Under the pieces are notes generated by a model, which had not been told where the DNA came from, did not search any database, and saw only the letters and a program-made list of their open reading frames with translations. Position numbers and translations under genes: made by a program. From Amphiscolops sp. MND2022 (taxonomy: Eukaryota): 64,000 bases of DNA. The stretch covers positions 23,312,001 to 23,376,000 of the forward strand of contig OZ076412.1 of NCBI GenBank assembly GCA_964187785.1, given 5' to 3'. Positions 11,073-22,348 of this stretch are shown here, piece by piece (within the stretch, counting starts at the first letter, position 1; each line of letters starts with the position of its first letter).

Positions 11073-14000
11073 TTAGTCTTTAGATGAGCCCTCTCGCAAT
11101 TCTTGCACTGTCTTTGAAAGTTCTTCAGCAGGGAGATCTCCGAAATAGGCAAGTTTCTGTGCTTGGCCGGCAGCCCAATTAATCTTCCGAACAGCAGTAG
11201 TGGACACAGAGGATGAGCGTGACGCAGTACTGATACCGACAACAGGAACACTTTTCAAGCCCTTAAAAGCACTGGTGAGATTCTTTAAGAATTTGGCACG
11301 ACCAAACACGTCAGAGTGAACCCAAGGATCACCAGCGAAGTGCCTGGAACTAAATTGTCCCTCTAACTCACGATATTGGGCTAAGGCGGACTCAGTAGTA
11401 CAATTGGCAATAGCTTCTGGGCAGTTTGACAAATACGACTGGGCGGGCAAAATCACTGCAGAAAGTCGACAACTGGAGCTAGAAGTATCGACATCATGGA
11501 ATTTGATAGTCGGGAGTTCCTGATGGGCCTCAGTGATGCAGAGACAGCACAACCGGAAGAGGTGGAAAAGCCTTGAGCGACTACGGAATGATGGCAGAGC
11601 AATAAGGAAATCCAACATATCAACTATTGTATTGGGAGCATTCTTGACAGTATCACAAGTATTTCGGAAAAGATCGATGAACTCAAAATACTCTTCCTGG
11701 TAGTCACTCTTGACAGCTAGGTCCACCCAACCACGGAGGTGGAAGCTATCAAACAAGGCGTTGAAACAGAAAGTAGCCTGTTCCAGAGGAAGAGAAAGCA
11801 ACACATGTGGGTCGAAGCAACCCATCCCATGAATGATGTCAGCGGTGAAGTGAATGTCCTCCAACAAAGTTTCCAATAGAGAGACAATGTAGCCGCGAGC
11901 TTCCGTCCCGAATTTCTCCTTCTCTTTAGCGACCATTTCTTCTAGGCTGGCAGTTGGAGCCTTGTCAGAAGGGGAGCGTTTCACTTTAGCCTGGCAAGCA
12001 GCATCAAGGTCAACAGTAAACTTGAGTCGATTCAAAAAATCGCGACAAGATAACTGCCTCAGGTCGTCAGGGCACAACTGGAGCAACTTCGTCCACTCAA
12101 CGTCTCCGGGGATGTACTTGGGCAGAATGGCCCGGTGGCACAATTTCCTGACGTAACGGCAATATTGTCCGTAAACGAACAGTGCTGAGTCTCGTCGCTT
12201 GGCCAGACTACGCTCAAAGCATTTGGTATCTAAACAAACGAAGTCAAGATTAAGTCCCAAAATGTGATGACCTAGTGAAGCCTCCTACCTTCTCAATCAC
12301 TAATGGCAGTCAAGATCAAATTCCAATATCAAAAGGAAAGAGACAATTAGGGCCCAGCTTTGCAATGAAGGAAAATAACTAACAATCGCGGACTAGAAGA
12401 GACAAGAGTTCTAATTTAGCGGTGAACAAGTCGTCCTGGATGATCACCCACTCCAGACTTTGTGGCTAAAAGGAAAGATTATATATGAACTAGGGTCACA
12501 AGAAGGACTATCTCACGCGGGAGTTGTCGGAAAATTAAATAGACAAAGAGACGATTTATACCTTGTTTCGCACTCCTTGCATCACTTGGGTTGGTGCCAA
12601 TTTTGTCAGGTAGTCGTGAATAGTGGACCAATTCTTTACGAGTTCGGTACAAATTGTCGGCACCTTCTTGAGGTCAAAGTCACAAGCAGCGGAAGCCTAC
12701 AAAATAATAATCTTTACAATCATGCTATATATATTAGGAGGACAAAGGACTTATGGGCTACAATGGGAAGCAAAGAAACGATAGCTACATGTGGTAGTTC
12801 TAACAGAAATTTAAGTTGGACTCACCTTACACAACTCTGGACATTGTGGGGCCCATGGCTGGCTTGGACTACCACGGAGGAAGACGACCAAGTATTTCAA
12901 CTGCGAGAACATATCAATGCGACCAAAGACATGCGTGGTCTGAAGGGCGTTTGGGTGCATCAGGTCGGGCAGAGAAAAGGCTTCAAAGCGAAAGGGGTAT
13001 TGGATCCCGTGGTCATACAGTTTGGAGGATTCAAGGGCCTGGAACACCATAGAGGAACAGCCAGAAATGCTGACTAAATTCGGCTTGGAGGAAAAGCAGG
13101 ACAACAGGCAAGAAATGGCAGACAAGTAGCAATCAGGGTACGCATCAGACTGCAGATGTCTGTGGAGTTCTACACGGACGAGTGAGTCCCCTCTCCAAAA
13201 GCGGATCGACATACATCGGTAGATACCAGTTGTGGTGAACTCAATAGAATACATCCCAGTAGCGATGACATGACTGGAGATGTCAGCTAGCCCCCGCATG
13301 AAAATGTGGTGGAAGATGTTCTGAAATGAAAATGGATAATTAGAGAAGTTTGGGCCAATCGACCAAGCGGGCCTATATTTAAATATGAACTACAAAACTA
13401 CTTACGGTGAGAGTAGCAGATCCCCAATCGAATGAGGAGAAAAGGGCTTGATGGTTGGTGAATACACCAACCCTCGTCCACAAATTCTGCAAGAGCGAGA
13501 GGTTGCCATCTTGAGGAACGAATGTTCCGATCAAAGAGATGAGGGTACTAGTTCGCAAGTCGCTGGGATTGGTGATTCCCCCTATGCTGGCCATGTAATC
13601 ATCGTAAAATGGATAGCGACCTCCCGCATCAATGAGTGGAGCGTCTATAAAGTGGGGCTTCTCCTTTTCCAGTTCATAAGGAGTAAGGACATAGCCGTCT
13701 TTTCCTCTAACTTGATGTGTCACGACTCCTGTAATGCTATCTGTTTCTTGCAGGTGAACATAACGCCATTTCTGATCCTTTCGCAGGTGTCCTTCTTTCT
13801 TGTAATGGCGCAGTATCTCCCTCGCCCCTTTGGAATAAATGGACACGTTGGTTTTACACAACATGCAGTAGAACTTGAACTTATTGTGAATCGGGTCTAC
13901 TGGTCCAGTCACGAAGGTCCGGGTCCATTGGATGCCCTTGAAGTACGCATCCTTCATGACTTTTCCTGGCTTGCTCAATAATTTCCTCTTCTTCCGAGGG

Positions 14001-15124
14001 GGGCTTCGTGGCAATGTAGCCGTATCTTTAGTCCGGCCCAATGCAGATAACGGCTGGTAGTCGGTGCTGCTGTACCCACTGCCTGAAGTAGGAGTGGCAT
14101 TATCAGCTCGGGACGTGTTGGGTCGATTCTCCATGCTCGTCACGGGAGTGAGTGATAGAGGATCTGTTTCACTAATCACATCTGTGCCGGAAATTGACCC
14201 AAGTTGGTAAGGGTCTTCGTCGGAGTTTATGGCACCACTTGTATAACCATCACTCGTGTTCCCTCTTTGACTGTCTTCCTCTCCTGAACTCTCAGCTAGA
14301 TGGCGGGCTGGGGTGGGACACCTTCTGGGCATTTTCCTCTTTTTGTCCTGGGAAGTCCCCGTCGAAGCATGTAAAAGGAGGGATTTCATCATATGATATG
14401 AAGAAAGAGCGCTTTCATCGGCAACAGTTCTAAGGATCGCGTGCATCTGTTCTTGATTGAACGCGACGGTAGAGTGTCCAACTGGAAGTCGAATTGGTGT
14501 TGCAGCAGTAAAATATTTACGGATGATGGTTCTTCCTTTGGCTGACAACTGTCTGTCGCTGGATTCAAGCCTAGCCCGGTAGGCCTCTTGCTCCTCATCA
14601 CTGTTCCCAGTCTCCAAGTGAAATTCCCCTTCAAGGTCCGGGAAGTCCTTAGGGTCCAAAGTAACATTATGGGAAACAGGGGGAAAAGCAGCAACTCCAG
14701 AGCTGTCTAATAACTCCTCCGCATCAGTTGTGTCGCCATAAAGTGGCGCAGCCTCTTCCTGGGAGGTAGTCTCCTCCTTGTCATTAGGTTCTTCTGGACT
14801 AATTAGCTGACTAGGAGTTATAATGACGGTCTCTGAAACTGAGGCCTTCTTGAAAGCGAAATCCATGGTGGACATCTGGGGCTCTGTACCTTGTCGAGCA
14901 GGGAGGATTGAAGCAGATTCTGGCTCAGGGAGGCTCATCTCTGTGACTGTTCTCTCGATGAAAGTAGTAATGCTCTCATCAGTGGACTGACTGTGATTGG
15001 AAGTTTGCGAATTTGGACGAGGAGGGTCAGTAGTACTCTCGGACCTAACGTTCTCTGGATGATCTTCGTTGGAACTATCGATTGTAGGGACAGTGGATTC
15101 TGGCAAAGCCTTCGTAGACGACAT
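11073..15124 (-). CDS. Antisense spliced gene, ~1209 aa: zinc finger plus hAT-transposase-like body. Exons 15124-13406, 13320-12826, 12696-12562, 12465-12384, 12271-11073
   Basis: Three long minus ORFs plus two short exons join in frame through four GT-AG introns (85, 129, 96, 112 bp; phases 0,0,0,1). CMLC-x16-H-x5-H finger. The exon structure is corroborated by the paralog at 27879-30896. The start codon is uncertain (ATG 15124 follows a tttag acceptor). Confidence 0.82.
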
Positions 15125-15620
15125 GCCTAAACAGAAGGGAATAAATTTTTGCGGACAACTTCCTGAAAACGTGTCCATGTGTACCGCAGTAAAACCTTCC
15201 GGAAGTGAAAATGAAAGCAATGTTGAAATTGTTTAATAAAAGGGACAGGAAGTGTGTGAACGAGAGGAAGAGCCTTGATCAAGCTCATTTCCGTTCAGAA
15301 TTAAAAAGACCAGATAGCTTACCTATGATATTTGTCCAACTGGAGTCTGAGAGAGATTAGAAGATCGTTCCAACCACTCTGACAGCTTCTGAGGGGTCCA
15401 AAGGAATCAGTACACAGTGGTAGAGTGTCCGAACGGGTCCAGATCAGGAAAGACGTAGAGGGGTAATTATTGAAGTTAAGTTCAACTCGGAAAGAACTGC
15501 TGTTGGCCCGTTGAGTGAGCAATAAACCAAGTCGAGAACGACAGAAGAAACTAAAAGTTCGCTGATGAACGGGAGATAAAGAAATGAAACTAAAAGACTG
15601 ACTGTAATACTGTATAAACA

Positions 15621-15896
15621 ATGGATAAATACGATTATGAAGATGTAACGATTAACAATTTGAAAAGAATCAAGGTGATTGTAGAAGCAAATTGGAGTTC
15701 GTGGCAAACTGGATTTGATGTCAAATGTTTTCACAATTATGAAGATTATTTTGTGGATGGAACCTGCCAGAGAAATCCACATTATTTATATTTCGAAACA
15801 TGCATTTCCATTATTTTATTATTTCAGTTATTTTATTATTCTGGTTATTTTATTATTTCCTTATATGGAGAATTATTAAAAGTTACGCCATCTTGA
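15621..15896 (+). CDS. Small ORF of unknown function inside the element (91 aa; possibly an exon)
   Basis: ATG-initiated and protein-like over the first ~60 aa (MDKYDYEDV...YFETC); the tail is low-complexity and AT-rich. No family recognised. Confidence 0.3.
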   Translation: MDKYDYEDVTINNLKRIKVIVEANWSSWQTGFDVKCFHNYEDYFVDGTCQRNPHYLYFETCISIILLFQLFYYSGYFIISLYGELLKVTPS

Positions 15897-16291
15897 ATAG
15901 GATGCTCGAAGCTGAAATCCTATTGGTCGCCTGGGACGCATCGACGAGCGGGGCCTTCAGCTGAAGTTACAACTCCTTGAAGTTTTCAAGTGGCAATCAA
16001 GAGGAGGTAAACACTAGAAGAAGTCCTTGAAGGTTCTTTGCCGACTTAGGCAAACTGAAGTTGATCGACGGTCAACAAAGCGGGAGACGGCCGATATCAA
16101 AGAATATCTCGAAAAGTTTCATCAGTGAAGTGTTATGCGGGAAATGAAAGACCGGGAAAGTGTAAGGTAGAAACTATCGAGAAATTGGGATATGAAAATC
16201 GCCATTTGTCTCTTAGCTTTCAAACGGAACAGTTACCCTACTCTGACTAAATCAAATTTATTCTGCCGCATTCAAAATTGCAAAAAAGATA

Positions 16292-17143
16292 ATGAAAGAT
16301 AGATTCATGGCCCAGCGATTTCCTAGCGACTTTCAAGGCGCGGCGCCCGAAGGCATAGATATAATTTGCTTGTCCAGCGACGAAGAGGAGGAAATATGTG
16401 ACCTGAGTATGACTTCAGTGCTAGATCTCCAACTGTCATCGGAAGACGAAGAAATAGACGACGAGATCATGATGATGGCCCAGTGCGTCGAGATGGAATT
16501 GTCATCACCCATCCCAATACCTGGCCCATCCTATACGCTGAGGACTAGAAGTGAAGCTCCCCAGTATAACTTGCCGAGATATGGGACCTTTGGGACGAGC
16601 AGCGCGATAAGGCCTACACTGGACCAATCTTTCTTCTCACTGGGAAAAGGAAACGGCCCAATACGGCGGGACGACCGAGTGCGCAATAATCATCCAATCA
16701 AACTGTGTAGAGAAATTATTCCCACAGTGGATACTCCCATGTCGCCCCCACCCGAAGAGAAAGGGCCAATTTACGACTCCAATTCAGCGGACCGTCAAGG
16801 CGATACTACCCAGCAATCATTGGACACAGTTACAAACCATTTTCAAGGAATGGGAATTGAAACACACAATCCTATGGCAAATTACTCGGACTGCGTGATA
16901 TGTGGGAAATCTACAGTACAAATTCAGAATGAAGCAGTCACGGATTATTTGCGTAAGACGGCCACATTGGGAGAATCAGCTAATCAACTGGAAGCGCGCA
17001 AAAGAGCTTTTATCGAAGGAATGCAGGTGGGCACGTTCTTATTACTACCAGGGGGAGTGTCGCAGGCTGCCGCCTGCGATGGGAACGTCTATACAATCGA
17101 CCACACAAGGCCAATTGCTCTGCCTGGGACACTCCCATTATAA
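16292..17143 (+). CDS. Accessory ORF (283 aa) overlapping the PPT and the first 86 nt of the 3' LTR
   Basis: Uninterrupted ATG ORF with acidic hydrophobic motifs (IDIICLSSDEEEE, VLDLQLSSEDEE) and CVIC. The stop codon is inside the LTR. Confidence 0.7.
   Translation: MKDRFMAQRFPSDFQGAAPEGIDIICLSSDEEEEICDLSMTSVLDLQLSSEDEEIDDEIMMMAQCVEMELSSPIPIPGPSYTLRTRSEAPQYNLPRYGTFGTSSAIRPTLDQSFFSLGKGNGPIRRDDRVRNNHPIKLCREIIPTVDTPMSPPPEEKGPIYDSNSADRQGDTTQQSLDTVTNHFQGMGIETHNPMANYSDCVICGKSTVQIQNEAVTDYLRKTATLGESANQLEARKRAFIEGMQVGTFLLLPGGVSQAAACDGNVYTIDHTRPIALPGTLPL
17050..17057 (+). promoter_or_regulatory. Polypurine tract
   Basis: AGGGGGAG lies immediately upstream of the TG of the 3' LTR. Confidence 0.8.
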
Positions 17144-18778
17144 ATCAAAACTTTCAAACATTTAGTTTTATTTTGAGTATGTTGATTGATGTATTGCAGT
17201 ATTATTTTTCATGTAAAAGACATTTGACAGCAAGTTATACTGACAGGCAAAGAGGAAACGAGTTCAAATGTTTGCCTGTCCAGTATGGCTAGCTAGGCCG
17301 TCAACGGCTAAGTGGCCAATCGCAGCGCAGTTTATAACAACCATTCCTTTACTTATTACGTAACTGTGCTAATAGTTATTCAGAATGGACCAATACGGCC
17401 AATTAACTTGGCCGGCCTTACTATGCTTTGATGCTGTGGTTGAATAGTATTCAATAATTGAAATAGGACGAAAGCGGCTATATAACATAGCCGTCCCTAT
17501 CTTTTGTACTAATTGTCTTGGTGCTGTGCAATAAAGAAGGCCCAACTCGGCCGGTCGACATGACGAATACTCAAGTGCTGTATTACTTATCACATGAAAT
17601 TAGTGTTTCAATTAATTAGCAATTGAAGGACGCGAATAACCCATCCCATGTAATGACCAAACACATATAGTGTTAACATGCAGTGTTGCTTTTCTATATA
17701 TTGATGAGACTAAATTAGAAAACCCGGACGGCTATTGGCCGTACCGGGCCTTCATGTACCTGTTCAAAGGTGATGCTGTGTTATGATGTTAAAAAGGAAC
17801 TATAAGTCCCTTACAGCTACCCGCCATATGTATCTTACATGAAAGTTTCCTACATGTAAAAGTGTTTATGTATTTTGCGTTACATGTAAGTGCTATACTC
17901 CATGCGTCACTCGGCCTACTAAGGCACTTTGATCTACCCGCCCCTACCTGTCTGTAGTGACGTAATGATTCTATTTTTAGCAGTGATGTGTTCTATTTAT
18001 AACTTGTAAGTTATTTTTAGTATCATGACCCCCATAAAATTGCGAATCATGCCCACTTAGGTATATATACCCAGGTTGGGACTTCGCAAGACACAATTTT
18101 GCTAAACTTGATACAGTTAACCTACAAACTTTGCATTTATACAAGTTGTCTTGTAAAGCTTTCTTACTACTCGATTACAGGAATAATTCAAATATTACCT
18201 CCTGTAGAAATATTTTATGCCTTCCACAAGAAGACAAAAGGCCAAGGCCAGAAAGTCAAGAGAATTGGACATGTTGTCCGATTATGACAACATGGACGTA
18301 ATGTTAGGGGATGGAAATTCAAATTCTATAGAAAGAGAATTGGACAGTCTCATAAACGTCCCAGACGGGCGACGTGACTATGGGCCTTTCCCAAACAGGG
18401 AAAATTCGTCCCAAGAAAATGAAATTAGAGACATCAATAATCAAAATGAGCCTGTTAGGGAGGAAAGATTGGTTGAATCGATCAATACACTATCAAGTGA
18501 AATGAATGCGAGAATGTCTCGTGAAATGGAGACCATGATGGACTTCATGCAAAATCAGATTAGTAGAGCAATCAACTGTGCTATTAGTGAGAGAATAATA
18601 CCAGAGATACAAAACATGGTAGGAAATTTGCCTTTGAACCAACATGGCGTTGAGCCGCCCACGTCCTTTGATGAGAACAGAACTGGGAACATGTGGAAAA
18701 ATACAAATGAGAAGATTACAAAGAAGGACTCAAGGTCTGCTTGTGATCTGAGGGATCATACGGACTTTACTCCTTACA
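17058..18778 (+). repeat. 3' LTR (1721 bp)
   Basis: Direct repeat of 2897-4617, preceded by a purine tract and followed by the TSD GATAG. Confidence 0.96.
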
Positions 18779-18783
18779 GATAG
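18217..18783 (+). pseudogene. Gag N-terminal copy (188 aa) carried by the 3' LTR
   Basis: Identical to Gag residues 1-187; terminates in the TSD/flank. Confidence 0.9.
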
Positions 18784-18796
18784 ATTATTACAAAAT

Positions 18797-18879
18797 TTGG
18801 TTGAGGACGGCTGCCAGACTGAGTCTCAGACCGAGTACTACTCGGTCTGAGACTCAGTCTGGCAGCCGTCCTCAACCAA
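18797..18879. repeat. Perfect palindrome, 41-bp arms, 1-nt loop
   Basis: Arms 18797-18837 and 18839-18879. Confidence 0.92.
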
Positions 18880-20076
18880 GTTTTCATCGTAGTACGATGA
18901 AGATGAGCGGAATACGCGCTAGATAATCGTGGCGGTTTCAACCGACTTCAACCGATTTAAAATAAAACGATGTATTTGCGATGTAAATCTGATGAAAATT
19001 GATGAAAATTACATGAAAATAAAAAAGTTTGTAAATCCGATGAAAACTCGATGAAAACGAAAAAAAATACGTAAAACGACAGTAACGAACCGACGATGTG
19101 AAAAAGACAAAAAACTAACGAAAACATTTGTGATACTCGATAAAAAAACTGATGAAAAATCAATTGGCATGTCGAAAAGTTGTGAGAAAACAAGAAACTC
19201 ATCGCTTTCACATCGAGCGGCCCTGCAAATTGAGCCTGAAGTAAACTGGAAAGGAAAACTGATTCAAATTAAAATGGCATGAAGATGTAAAACTGATGGA
19301 AAATCAACAAAAACGGCACGAAAACGAACTAACTTGAACTTAAGATGAAATACTAAAATGTTATCACATGATGATGCCACATTTATTAATTCAGCGAACT
19401 TCGCATTTTGAAAATGGTAACACCACTGATAGTCTTTTTGGACCATGTCATCTATTCCCCCTTAACCAAACTGCGGCGGGGGAAATGAGACAGAAGGTTC
19501 AAATACCATTATGTCGACATAGTTTGCGTTAAAATTTTGGTCCAGTTTAATAATTGATCATCAATTATTATACTGTCAACCCCCTCCCCAGGTAACACCT
19601 GTCAACCCCCTCCCCAGGTACACCTTGAGTATGGAGTTATAAGCAATGCTTAAACATGGAATAGTTCAAGTTACGGTAACTTGAACTATTCCATGTTTAA
19701 ACATTGCTTATAACTCGAATACGCAGATTAACTATACCTGACAGTAGTCCATCTTCACGAATGGACTAAGTAAACCTGAAATTATTTTGTTCAACAAAAT
19801 AATTTGACATTCACATTTGTCATTCACATTTTGACATTCACATTCAAGTTGTGACAAATCATTATTCAGTGTTAGCCTAGTGGTTGTTAAACAAGCAAAA
19901 GCAAGAAATAGCCAAGTAATGAGACTAAGTTAGTCTCATTACTTGGCTATTTCTTGCTTTTGCTTGTTTAACAGCTACCGTAGCTAGTGACTAGGCTAAC
20001 CCTGAATAATGATTTGTCAAAACTTGAATGTGAATGTCAATGAATTAGTATGTCCTTTCCAGATTTCTTGTTCTGA

Positions 20077-22208
20077 ATGGCATCTGTTACGCAAAAAGTT
20101 ACTTGTGGAATTTGCGACTTGGCAGTTCACAAGAATAGTATCCAGAAACATCAGCGCCAACATAATTTGTCTACTGCAGATGACAGAGCGTGCCTAAGAC
20201 ACTGGGATTTGATCATGGCCAACGGCTTAGTACGAGCAAAAGAACTCCAAGCGCAATTATCGAATGTTACCAATGAAATTGTCAGCAAAGTGAGGCGCGA
20301 ATTGGTGAAAGTTGACAAATACGAAGCTAATACAACTGCAAGATCCACCGCAGATCAACAAGATCCACAAGTGAGCCCTTCAAGTTTGAGTGGATCACGC
20401 ATATGCGTAGATTGCAGTCCAAGGCTACGACGACCTGTGGGTGAGGTGTGGGACACCCGTTTAGCGCGCTTTGTGGAACACTACAAAGACTATTGTGTCA
20501 ATGAGGCTGGGCTGTTCCTCGCGCATTCCAATGTCAGGAATCACACAATGATTCTGAACAAGGCTATACGGGCAAATCCTCTGGCCGAAGATGTCACACA
20601 AATATTCACGCCATCAACAATCGACGCCATGCTAATTGGCAAGGGCAATGTTTCAATTCAGAACAGTACGCGCTATGATTATCTTCTCATACTGAAAGTT
20701 AGTTACAATGTTTAATCAACTTTTACCGAGATTCCTTAAACTTGTCAGACTAACTAAACCTGATGTAATTTCAGTCCATAGCCAACACAGTCTATTTGAA
20801 ATGTGGCTTCCAGCCAAGCCAATTATTCTTGTCGCAATTGAATGAAGCACTGCGACGCTTTGGCAGAAGGAGCAAGACAGATGCCATCACTAAGAAGGTG
20901 CGGAAAATCGAACATGTTATGACTATGGCACCTTCACTGGCCGCCACGATGTTATCAACAGCAGTGTTGGACATCATAAAGGCTTCACCAACAAGGTTGG
21001 CCCTTTGAATTATCTAATGGATCTTTCTTCTTATTAATGTGTCTACCATTTTCTGTGATATGGTCTATTGCTAATTATTGTGTCTTAATGAAGCCTGTTC
21101 TTTTAGGCACACTAAACTGAGACGCTTGTTCTGCAGAATATACGTAAAGAACCTATTACGGATAGAAACTTTTGCCAACCTGCTCAAGCATGAACTGGGC
21201 AATGTAAAGACCACAACAATCAATGGTCAGGAAATAAATTACGTTGTGGTGTCCAGACATGAGACTGCTTGGAGTCTTGGCTTCGGTCATTTCTTCCTGT
21301 CCGATGAAGAAGCAGACATTTGGCGTGATTGCCTAACTCCATTCGACGTAGACGATCGAGTTTTCCCATCAGCAAAGCAGCTTGGGAAAGACGTCAGCAA
21401 AGTAAGTAGATATCTATTAACTTTATGGGGCTATTGATAACTATTGTTTGCTAAATGATAGATTATTATGTTCTAGACAATTTACAAGATATGCAAAGTT
21501 GAGTTGCATAGTGTTAACGAATTGAGAGCCAGCGTCGAGCAGCAGGTTGGGGTTACATTGGCAGCTGAAACAGCAGCCTTCATGCTACATAGCGAGAGGT
21601 GAGACATTCCGTCTTTCTTCAGGATGAGACTAACATAACCTTATAAACCTGATAATGGACTTAGTTAGTCCAATTTTGATCCATGCTTGTTATGATGACA
21701 TTATCAATTTAATGATGCTCTTGACCTATTAGTAAATGTGGTGGAGACAGTGTTCTATGTTTAGAGTTGCCTGTCAAAACTATCGGGAGGGAACGCAAGT
21801 AACTACAGCAGCACTAGCCTACATGGCTTATCAAAACTTGTTGGTGAATGATCCCTTGGCCAAGAAGGACTTCAAATTTAGACGTGAATGCCCATCATGT
21901 TCTAGTCCGTTGAATGTCAAGGTAGCAGGATCTGATGTAGAACTTGTAATAGCCACTACGACATGATCTGTTGTTGGTGATTCTCAGCTCCCAACTACCT
22001 CTTCCTTGCCAGCAGAGTTAGAACATGGTTTGGGTGATGAATATCATCTGGATGAGGTAGATGAAGATAACCATGAAGTTGAAGATATTAGCCCAACACA
22101 AGTTCCACGATTGGGAGTTGGTTTAACTTTGACTCAACTGGATGAACTGGAAAGTATGAGATCTCTTTCACCGGTGTTAACGCTTAGTCAAGTCCCACCA
22201 CAACCAAC
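20077..22208 (+). CDS. Spliced tyrosine-recombinase gene, Crypton-like. Putative exons 20077-20697, 20775-20995, 21107-21401, 21477-21598, 21765-21921, 21988-gap
   Basis: Consecutive ORF pieces join in phase via GT-AG introns. YR-like motifs NLLRIETFAN, VSRHETA, SVNELR and AAFMLHSERVACQNY; N-terminal CGIC..HQRQH finger-like motif. The first donor is uncertain and the 3' end is lost in the gap. Confidence 0.62.
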
Positions 22209-22348
22209 NNNNNNNNNNNNNNNNNNNNNNNNNNNNNNNNNNNNNNNNNNNNNNNNNNNNNNNNNNNNNNNNNNNNNNNNNNNNNNNNNNNNNNNNNNNN
22301 NNNNNNNNNNNNNNNNNNNNNNNNNNNNNNNNNNNNNNNNNNNNNNNN
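22209..22348. other. Assembly gap (140 N)
   Basis: Run of n. Confidence 1.

Larger units (their letters stand above)
2897..18778 (+). mobile_element. Full-length Ty3/gypsy LTR retrotransposon (15,882 bp) with extra cargo ORFs
   Basis: Two 1721-bp direct repeats begin TGTCGC and end TTACA. A 5-bp TSD GATAG lies at 2892-2896 and 18779-18783. PBS, PPT, gag and pol are present, with PR-RT-RH-IN order. Confidence 0.97.

Noticed and set aside
12460-13077. 205-aa plus-strand ORF (also 13448-13981 and similar)
   Set aside because: Antisense shadows of the spliced minus-strand exons; no motifs.
11073-15220. env gene in the third-ORF position
   Set aside because: Opposite strand, spliced, and no signal peptide, furin site or transmembrane anchor is evident.
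11073-15220. Nested autonomous hAT transposon insertion
   Set aside because: No TIRs or 8-bp TSD seen around it, the catalytic Asp appears absent, and the same layout recurs in another lineage at 57445-64000.
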